Source: an uncultured Methanomassiliicoccales archaeon (GTDB lineage: Archaea > Thermoplasmatota > Thermoplasmata > RBG-16-68-12 > EA-27). Taken from it: 64,000 nt of DNA. Each line of letters begins with the position of its first letter. Position 1 is the stretch's first letter. The notes under the pieces were generated by a model. The model had not been told where the DNA came from. It was given only the letters and a program-made list of their open reading frames with translations, and did no database searches. The stretch lies in NCBI GenBank assembly GCA_964396265.1, contig CAYNEM010000013.1:1681-65680 (forward strand), read 5' to 3'. Of this stretch, positions 1 through 6,552 are shown piece by piece. The position numbers and the translations under genes were made by a program.

Positions 1-38
1 ATTCCCTTAATCTATCGAAAGCACATGGGGATTTCAGA

Positions 39-266
39 ATGATGAGCAAAACGAAAGTCTCTAAGGGTCATTCGACGGTCGTGCCGAAGCACATCCGGAA
101 GTCCCTCGGGGTGCAGGAGGGGGACATCCTGGAATGGACCACGGACGGCGAGAGAGCCGTCGTCCGGCCTCGGAAGCGGCGGACGTTCGAGGACATCACT
201 GCCCTGATCGCGGTCGGCGGCGACGCGGTCCGAGACAAGAAACGGCTCGCGCGGGGCGAACCGTGA
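39..266 (+). CDS. AbrB/SpoVT-fold antitoxin (VapB-like)
   Basis: 75-aa ORF. 'VSKGHSTVVPKHIRKSLGVQEGDILEW' is the SpoVT/AbrB swapped-hairpin motif. Its stop overlaps the next ORF start (GTGA at 263-266). Confidence 0.8.
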   Translation: MMSKTKVSKGHSTVVPKHIRKSLGVQEGDILEWTTDGERAVVRPRKRRTFEDITALIAVGGDAVRDKKRLARGEP

Positions 267-475
267 TCCTCGTCGACTCCTCGTTCTTCGTGGGGCTGGC
301 CGATGCGAAGGACCGATGGCATGCCGATGCGCTGCGGCTCCGCCAGCGACTCCGACGGGAGCCCGTGGTCTCCGACCTGTGCCTGGCCGAGGCGGCGACC
401 ATCCTCGGGAAGCGGAAAAACGCTTATTCGCCTCTTGTCACTCCACGTGCCTGTCTGAAACGAAGCAAGTTGTAG
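263..475 (+). pseudogene. Truncated PIN-domain toxin (VapC remnant)
   Basis: GTG start coupled to the antitoxin stop. 'VILVDSSFFVGLADAKD...CLAEAATILGKR' carries the first two acidic PIN positions, but the frame ends after 70 aa (PIN domains are usually about 125-140 aa). The tail coincides with the GC drop at the edge of the next gene. Confidence 0.55.
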
Positions 476-484
476 GTTACTCCG

Positions 485-2356
485 ATGAGGCTTTACTCAG
501 GAAGCTCGCAACAGTTCATCGACGACACCCATCAGAATCAAATCACAGAGAAATTAATCGCCTCGTTCTTCCGACAAATGGGACACATCCCGCCTCCAGG
601 CGAGGTAAGTGCGTGGAGGAATTCCCTCCGAGCCACTTCCATGGTCTTCCTGAATGCGAACCTCACAAACCACGGCGTGATTCTCGAGTACCAGCTCCCT
701 TTGACGTCCAAGAGACTGGACTGCATGATCTGCGGGAAGGATGCCGCAGAGAGAGACAATGCTGTGATCATCGAACTGAAGCAGTGGGAGAGGAGCAAGC
801 CCGCGGACGGTGACCGGGAAGTCATCACTTGGGTGGGGGGTGCAGAAAGAGAGCATCTTCACCCATCGGTCCAGGCTGAACAGTATCGTACGTACCTCGA
901 GGACGGCCATACGGCATTCTACGAAGAACCCGACCCCATCGTGCTGAACGCTTGTGCCTACCTGCACAACTATAGCCCTATCTCGGATGACCCGCTCCTC
1001 GCCTCCAAGTTTGCTAGCGTCATCGAGTCCACTCCATTGTTCACCGCGGATGACGTGCCCAAGTTCGAACTTTATCTTATCTCAAGACTCGAGAACGGAC
1101 AGGGTCTTGAGGTCCTGAAGCGGGTTGAGGAGAGCAAGTCGAGGCCGAGCAAGAAACTGATGGACCACGTCTCGAACGTGATCAAGGGAAAGCGTGAGTA
1201 CGTCCTGCTCGACGACCAGCTCATCGTCTACGACAGGGTTCTCGCGTGCGCCAGGGAGGGGTTCCACAACCGGAAGAAGACCGTGCTCATCGTTAAGGGC
1301 GGGCCCGGGACCGGCAAGTCAGTGATAGCGATCAACCTGATGGCCGACCTGCTGCAAAATGGTTACAACGCGCAATACGCCACAGGGTCGCGCGCGTTTA
1401 CCGAGACGTTGAGGAAAGCCATTGGCCCTCGAGGCGGGGTTCAGTTCAAGTATTTCAACAGCTACGGGGCAGCTGATTACAACTCGCTGGACGTCCTGGT
1501 TGCAGACGAGGCGCATCGAATCCGGAAGACCAGCAGCAATTGGCGCACGCCGAAAGAGAAGAGATCGGGGGTAACTCAAATTGAAGAACTGGTCAACGCC
1601 TCGAAGGTGGCGGTCTTCTTCATCGACGATGACCAAGTCGTGAGACCTGATGAGATTGGGTCGGTACGATACATTCGAGAATACGCGGAACGGGAAGGAG
1701 CTAGGGTCTTTGAATACGAGCTGGAAACACAGTTCCGGTGCGCAGGATCAGGCGCTTTCGTGAACTGGGTCAACAACACACTCGCCATCAGGCCAACCGC
1801 CAACGCCGTGTGGGGGCGCGAGGAAGAGTTCGATTTCAAGATCTTTGAATCTCCTCTGGCGCTCGAGCAAGCGATTATCGGCAAAGTGGCGGAGGGTTCA
1901 TCGGGGAGGATGACCGCCGGCTTTTGTTGGCCATGGTCGGAACCACGACGCGACGGGACGTTGGAGGACGACGTCGTCATCGGAGAATATACCCGGCCGT
2001 GGAACGCAAAGCCCGATGCCGGAAAGCTGGCCAAGGGAATCCCGAAGGCCCAGACTTGGGCTTACGAGAAGGAAGGAATCGGCCAGGTTGGCTGCGTTTA
2101 CACGGCCCAGGGCTTCGAATTCGACTACGTTGGCGTGATCTTCGGCAAGGACCTCCGATACAATCACGGGACCCATTCGTGGGAAGGCCATCGCGACGAT
2201 TCGCAAGATTCGGCCGTCAAGAGGTCGCGTGATAGATTCACGGACTTGGTGAAGAACACGTACCGAGTGCTCTTGACTCGAGGGATGAAAGGCTGCTATG
2301 TGTACTTCCAGGACAAGGACACCGAGAGCTATTTCAGATCACGAATCAACGTCTAG
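485..2356 (+). CDS. DUF2075-type SF1 helicase/ATPase with an N-terminal PD-(D/E)xK-like nuclease domain
   Basis: 623 aa. Walker A 'KGGPGTGKS', Walker B 'LVADEAHRI', C-terminal 'YTAQGFEFDYVGVIFG' and 'YRVLLTRGMKGCYVY' are typical of DUF2075/UvrD_C-like proteins. The N-terminal 150 aa has 'ILEY...RLDCMI...IIELKQW' (E-D-ExK pattern). GC is visibly lower than in the neighbours. Confidence 0.85.
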   Translation: MRLYSGSSQQFIDDTHQNQITEKLIASFFRQMGHIPPPGEVSAWRNSLRATSMVFLNANLTNHGVILEYQLPLTSKRLDCMICGKDAAERDNAVIIELKQWERSKPADGDREVITWVGGAEREHLHPSVQAEQYRTYLEDGHTAFYEEPDPIVLNACAYLHNYSPISDDPLLASKFASVIESTPLFTADDVPKFELYLISRLENGQGLEVLKRVEESKSRPSKKLMDHVSNVIKGKREYVLLDDQLIVYDRVLACAREGFHNRKKTVLIVKGGPGTGKSVIAINLMADLLQNGYNAQYATGSRAFTETLRKAIGPRGGVQFKYFNSYGAADYNSLDVLVADEAHRIRKTSSNWRTPKEKRSGVTQIEELVNASKVAVFFIDDDQVVRPDEIGSVRYIREYAEREGARVFEYELETQFRCAGSGAFVNWVNNTLAIRPTANAVWGREEEFDFKIFESPLALEQAIIGKVAEGSSGRMTAGFCWPWSEPRRDGTLEDDVVIGEYTRPWNAKPDAGKLAKGIPKAQTWAYEKEGIGQVGCVYTAQGFEFDYVGVIFGKDLRYNHGTHSWEGHRDDSQDSAVKRSRDRFTDLVKNTYRVLLTRGMKGCYVYFQDKDTESYFRSRINV

Positions 2357-2433
2357 GCCAGGCATGGTCGTCTGCAGCCGCGAATGAACTGGGGGACGAG
2401 GGAAACCTAATCCGGACCGATGGAAATGAGCTC

Positions 2434-4263
2434 ATGCAAATGGAGCCGATCCTCGCGGGCCGCGACCTCCGCAAGTCCTTCGGGCCCACGCTCGTCCTCG
2501 AGCACGCGGACTTCCGGATCCACGCGGGCGACAAGGTCGCCCTCGTCGGCCCGAACGGCGCGGGGAAGTCCACGCTCTTCAAGCTCATCGCGGGCGAGAC
2601 GCAGCTCGACCTCGGCGACCTCGTCCTCAAACCAGGCCTCCGCTACGGCTACCTCCCGCAGGTCCCGAACGTCCCGACGGACACGCCCGTGCGCGACGTC
2701 CTCTCCTCCCCGAGCCCGGAGGCGCAGCGCATCGCCGCCGAACTCGCGGACCTCGAGGCGTGGATGGCCCGGCCGGACGCCTGGGACGCCAAGGACGCGA
2801 CCGCGCGCATGGCCCGATACGAGGCGCTCCACACGGCCCTCGGCGGCGCGAAGAGCCGCAGCGTGATCGTGAACGACCCGATCCTCAACGACCTGGGCGT
2901 CGGCGAGGAACTCCTCGACCAGACGTTCGATTCCCTTTCCGGCGGGGAGAAGTCGAAGGTCCTCACCGCCCGAGCCCTCGCGAACGCGAAGGAGAAGGAC
3001 ATCCTCCTGCTCGACGAACCGACGAACCACATGGACATCGACACGATCGAGTGGATCGAGGAGTACCTCCTGGAGATCGACGCGGCCGTGCTCCTCGCGA
3101 GCCACGACAAGTTCCTGCTCGACGCGATCGCCGACAAGGTCCTCGAGGTCGACCTCTTCCGGATCCACACCTACGACGGGAACTACTCGGACTACCGCGT
3201 GCAGCGCGACGCGCTCCAGCGCGCCCGGGAGGCGCAACACCGCCGCCACTTCGAGGAGGTCAAGCGCCAGCTCGCGATCATCGAGGAGTTCAAGTCGCGG
3301 AAGGTGTACGAACAGATCCTCTCCCGGAAGTTGGCTTTGGAGAAGCTCCGGCGGGAGGTCCCGGAGGCGGGGCCGAGCGCGGGCCGCGCGTTCCGCCTCG
3401 TCTTCCGCGCGGGCGCGGGGGGCCAGGGGGTCGTGCGCGTCGATGGCGTCGCGAAGTCCCACGGCGGCCGCTTGCTGTTCTCCAGCGCGGACCTCGAGCT
3501 CGGGAAGGGGGATCGCGTCGGCCTCGTCGGCCCGAACGGGTGCGGGAAGACGACGCTCCTCGAGGTCTTGATCGGGCGGCAGGAGCCGGACGCCGGATCT
3601 GTCTACCGCGGTCGGACCGTCAGCATCGGCTACTTCGCCCAGGAGGCGGAGGAACTGGATTTCTCGCGCACGCTCCTCGGGGAGGTCATGAGCATCCGCG
3701 ACCCGCCCCCGGCCGAGGCATGGGCCCGCGGCCTCCTCGGACGCTTCTGGTTTCGGGGGGACTCCGTCCAGGGCCGCGTCGGGAACCTCAGCGGCGGAGA
3801 GCGCGCGCGCCTCGCCCTCGCGAAGTTCATCGCCCAGGAGTATGATCTTCTCGTCCTCGACGAGCCGACGAACCACCTCGACATCGAATCGCAGGAGATC
3901 GTGGCGGCGGCTCTCAGGGAGTACCCGGGCATGGTGCTCGTCGTGAGCCACAACCGCAGCTTCCTGAACGAGGTCTGCACGAAGACCGCGGTCATCGCGC
4001 ACCAGCGGCTGGCGGTGTTCCAGGGGACATTCAAGGACTCCTGGGCGGCGGCGAAGATGGCGGATTTCATGGCGGTGACGAAGGAGAAGCCTCGGTACCG
4101 CGTGCTTCGCGTCGTCAAGGACTGGGAGACGGGGACCGCGTACCATGGCGGCGACGTGATCGCGCTCACGGGCGCGGAGACGCAGGCGTTCCTCCGGCTG
4201 CTGCGGTGGGCGGAGGCGAACGGGCGCGTCGAACGGCTTGAGACCACCCAACGAGCATCATAG
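2434..4263 (+). CDS. ABC-F family ATPase (two ABC cassettes, no TM domain)
   Basis: Cassette 1: 'GPNGAGKSTL', 'LSGGEKSKV', 'LLLDEPTNHMD'. A charged helical linker follows. Cassette 2: 'GPNGCGKTTLL', 'LSGGERARL', 'LVLDEPTNHLD'. There is a C-terminal extension of about 85 aa. Confidence 0.9.
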   Translation: MQMEPILAGRDLRKSFGPTLVLEHADFRIHAGDKVALVGPNGAGKSTLFKLIAGETQLDLGDLVLKPGLRYGYLPQVPNVPTDTPVRDVLSSPSPEAQRIAAELADLEAWMARPDAWDAKDATARMARYEALHTALGGAKSRSVIVNDPILNDLGVGEELLDQTFDSLSGGEKSKVLTARALANAKEKDILLLDEPTNHMDIDTIEWIEEYLLEIDAAVLLASHDKFLLDAIADKVLEVDLFRIHTYDGNYSDYRVQRDALQRAREAQHRRHFEEVKRQLAIIEEFKSRKVYEQILSRKLALEKLRREVPEAGPSAGRAFRLVFRAGAGGQGVVRVDGVAKSHGGRLLFSSADLELGKGDRVGLVGPNGCGKTTLLEVLIGRQEPDAGSVYRGRTVSIGYFAQEAEELDFSRTLLGEVMSIRDPPPAEAWARGLLGRFWFRGDSVQGRVGNLSGGERARLALAKFIAQEYDLLVLDEPTNHLDIESQEIVAAALREYPGMVLVVSHNRSFLNEVCTKTAVIAHQRLAVFQGTFKDSWAAAKMADFMAVTKEKPRYRVLRVVKDWETGTAYHGGDVIALTGAETQAFLRLLRWAEANGRVERLETTQRAS

Positions 4264-4314
4264 TTGACGTTCAGTGCAGCTAGCTTTAAGGTCACCTATG
4301 CCATCCGTTTCTCG

Positions 4315-4596
4315 ATGACGCTGACCACGCTGCCGAGGCCCCCCAAGCTCGAGGGTCGCGGTCCCACGCTCTCGACCCTCCATGAAATCGAGGGCATCCT
4401 CCGGGACGCGGACGGACCGTTGAGCCTGAACGAAATCAAGAGGCGGTTGTCCGCCAAGGCTGCCCGCCACTCGATGGTCCGGCAGGCCGTCGAAGAGTTC
4501 AAGCGGCTTGGATTCGTCGTCGAGGGCGCGAAGGGCGTCGTCTGGGTCCTGAATCTCTCCCCCAAGATTTGGGCCGGCCGCTGGCGGGAACTCTGA
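4315..4596 (+). CDS. Small winged-helix protein, putative antitoxin partner of the downstream RelE-like gene
   Basis: ATG at 4315 inside track ORF 4264..4596. 'LSLNEIKRRLSAKAARHSMVRQAVEEFKRLGFVVEG' looks like a wHTH. It ends 11 nt before the RelE-like start. Confidence 0.5.
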   Translation: MTLTTLPRPPKLEGRGPTLSTLHEIEGILRDADGPLSLNEIKRRLSAKAARHSMVRQAVEEFKRLGFVVEGAKGVVWVLNLSPKIWAGRWREL

Positions 4597-4607
4597 GGCG
4601 GATCGCG

Positions 4608-4931
4608 ATGCCCCGACACCGCGTGCTCGTCTCCGAAGAGGCGGCGCGGGAACGCGGGCGGCTCAGTCCCGTCCAAGGGAGGAAACTCCTCTGGTGGGCA
4701 GACAGGTTGGCCATGGACCCCACGACAGGAGACAACGTCCGCAAGGCCCTCATCCCGCGGGAACTGAAGCGACGGTTCGGCGTCGAGAACCTTTGGCGCG
4801 TGGAACTTCCCGGCGGTTGGCGTTTGCTGTACACGATCGTGGCGAAGGTCGATGTGCGCCCGGAGGTTCGCGTCCTGCGCATCCTCACACACAAGGAGTA
4901 TGACCGCATCTTTGGCTACTCGACGTCCTAG
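4608..4931 (+). CDS. RelE/ParE-superfamily toxin
   Basis: ATG at 4608. 'NLWRVELPGGWRLLYTI...VRVLRILTHKEYDRIFG' matches the RelE/ParE core pattern (WR.R.G.yRllY...v.vl.i.hR..aY). Confidence 0.7.
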   Translation: MPRHRVLVSEEAARERGRLSPVQGRKLLWWADRLAMDPTTGDNVRKALIPRELKRRFGVENLWRVELPGGWRLLYTIVAKVDVRPEVRVLRILTHKEYDRIFGYSTS

Positions 4932-5011
4932 TCGCACAGTATGCACTCCATCCGCGTGGACCCGGACATCCCGAAAACGCACAAATAGGACCGCGTCCTT
5001 GGGCGGGTTGC

Positions 5012-5112
5012 AGCCCCGTGGTCTAGCGGTCAAGGATACGAGGCTCTGGATCCGCCGTTCCGACGGCGCGAGGAGAGACCTTGTGGCGGCAGTTCGAATC
5101 TGCCCGGGGCTA
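5012..5112 (+). tRNA. tRNA-Gln (anticodon CUG) with a 28-nt intron at the canonical 37/38 position
   Basis: Acceptor AGCCCCG/CGGGGCT plus discriminator A. D arm GTCT..GGAT. Anticodon stem CGAGG/CCTTG. Loop CT-CTG-G[intron 5050-5077]A. T arm GGCAG-TTCGAAT-CTGCC. The intron has an internal hairpin CGCCG-TTCCGA-CGGCG, and its 3' AGAG pairs with CTCT of the loop (BHB-like). No encoded CCA. Confidence 0.85.
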
Positions 5113-5293
5113 TTCCGACCGCGAAGAGACGCCGACGATTCCCCGGGGAGGCGTGGAACGGTGCGGAATCGTTCCACTCCATGCCCAATATCCCGCATGC
5201 GTCCTCCCTTCGAGGTAGCCGCCAGAAGCTTGACAGCGTGCAATTGTTGCTAAATCCGAAACATTAATAGACCGATCGAAGTTGTTGTGGTCA

Positions 5294-5806
5294 ATGCGTG
5301 AGACGCGCGATGCAGACGCTGAGCTCTTCGCCGCGGTCCAGACGTTCCATCGAGCGATGGCCGAGGTCGTCCATCCGATGTTCGAGGAGGTCGGCGTCAC
5401 GAACGGGCAGTTCTTCCTCCTCTTCTTCATCGAGAAGATGCCCCGGCCGACCGTCGGGTCGATCGCGGACCAGCTCGGCGTCCAGATGTCCACGGTGACC
5501 CATCTCCTGAACGCCGTCGAGGAGCGTGGACTCGTGCGGCGCGAGCGATCGTCCGAGGACCGCCGCGTCGTCCGACTCGTGGTGACCTCGCGCGGTTCGA
5601 AGCTCCTCGCAAGGATCGAGGGCCACCTCCTCGACCAGGTCCGATCCGCGTCCTCGGGGATCGACGAGGGGAAGAAGACCGCCGCCAGCCGGCTGCTGAA
5701 CGAGATTGCGTCGCGCATCCGAGGCGCCGAAGGCGATACCGGCGCCCGCGCCTCCCTTCCGTCTCACGCTCCCAAGAAGAAGCCCACGAGAGGTGGTCGA
5801 AGATGA
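5294..5806 (+). CDS. MarR-family transcriptional regulator
   Basis: 'VTNGQFFLLFFIEKMPRPTVGSIADQLGVQMSTVTHLLNAVEERGLVRRERSSEDRRVVRLVVTSRG' is a classic MarR wHTH. Its stop overlaps the ABC ATPase start (ATGA). Confidence 0.85.
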   Translation: MRETRDADAELFAAVQTFHRAMAEVVHPMFEEVGVTNGQFFLLFFIEKMPRPTVGSIADQLGVQMSTVTHLLNAVEERGLVRRERSSEDRRVVRLVVTSRGSKLLARIEGHLLDQVRSASSGIDEGKKTAASRLLNEIASRIRGAEGDTGARASLPSHAPKKKPTRGGRR

Positions 5807-6552
5807 TCGCATCGAAGGAAAGTGGAACGGTACCGACGAACGACGTCGTCATCGAATGCCAGGAAGTGCGGAAGACCTACGAGACCGGCAAGATCGCCGT
5901 CGAGGCGCTTCGCGGGGTCGACCTGCGCGTGAGCCGCGGCGAGGTCGTGGCGGTGATGGGGCCGTCGGGCTGCGGGAAGACCACGCTGCTCAACTGCCTC
6001 TCCGGCCTGGACGACGTATCCACGGGTAGTGTCCGGATCGAAGGGAAGGAGATCGCCCGGATGGACGACAACCAGCGCTCCGACTTCCGCGCCATGCGGA
6101 TGGGGTTCGTCTTCCAGAACTACAACCTGATGCCGGTGCTCACGGCGCGGGAGAACGTCGAGCTGCCCCTCCTCCTCACCGGGAGTAGCCGTGCGGACGC
6201 CCGGAAGAGGGCGCACGAGTCGCTCAAGGTCATGGGGTTGGAGGGCCGCGAGAGCCACCGCCCGGCCGAGCTGAGCGGCGGGGAGCAGCAGCGCGTCGCG
6301 ATCGCGCGGTCGATCGTGAATTCGCCCGCAATCCTCTGGGCGGACGAGCCGACGGGGAACCTCGACACGCAGACCGCGCTGAAGGTGATGGAGCTTCTCC
6401 TCCAGGTGAACGCGCGAACCGGGCAGACCGTCGTCATGGTCACCCACGAGCCGAACGTGGGGAAGCGCTCGCACCGGATCCTCCGCATGGACTCCGGAGT
6501 CATGGTGACCGAGGAGACCGGGGAACTCGCCGTTGCGGGTCGCGCCGCGTGA
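5803..6552 (+). CDS. ABC transporter ATP-binding protein (MacB/LolD-like)
   Basis: 'GPSGCGKTTLLN', Q-loop, 'LSGGEQQRVAIARS', 'LWADEPTGNLD', H-loop 'VTHE'. Confidence 0.9.
   Translation: MIASKESGTVPTNDVVIECQEVRKTYETGKIAVEALRGVDLRVSRGEVVAVMGPSGCGKTTLLNCLSGLDDVSTGSVRIEGKEIARMDDNQRSDFRAMRMGFVFQNYNLMPVLTARENVELPLLLTGSSRADARKRAHESLKVMGLEGRESHRPAELSGGEQQRVAIARSIVNSPAILWADEPTGNLDTQTALKVMELLLQVNARTGQTVVMVTHEPNVGKRSHRILRMDSGVMVTEETGELAVAGRAA

Noticed and set aside
2356-2433. Possible C-terminal remnant of the truncated vapC: the frame upstream of the ABC-F start reads ..AWSSAAANELGDEGNLIRTDGNEL, faintly like the PIN 'A..lg....l.T.D' end.
   Set aside because: It is only about 25 residues and the similarity is weak. 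It is in frame with and contiguous to the ABC-F ORF with no stop, and the summed length would still be too short for a PIN domain. This cannot be supported without an alignment to intact homologs.
2407-4251. 614-aa minus-strand ORF antisense to the ABC-F gene. Similar long ORFs occur at 6500..8584(-), 16747..20181(-), 22540..24135(-), 22365..24314(+), 46231..47820(-), 57020..58708(-), 42720..43811(+), 49713..51002(+) and others.
   Set aside because: Their translations are Arg/Pro/Gly/Asp-rich low-complexity sequence with no motifs. Each lies entirely within, and antisense to or out of frame with, a gene that has strong family signatures. These are typical shadow ORFs of GC-rich DNA where stop codons are rare.
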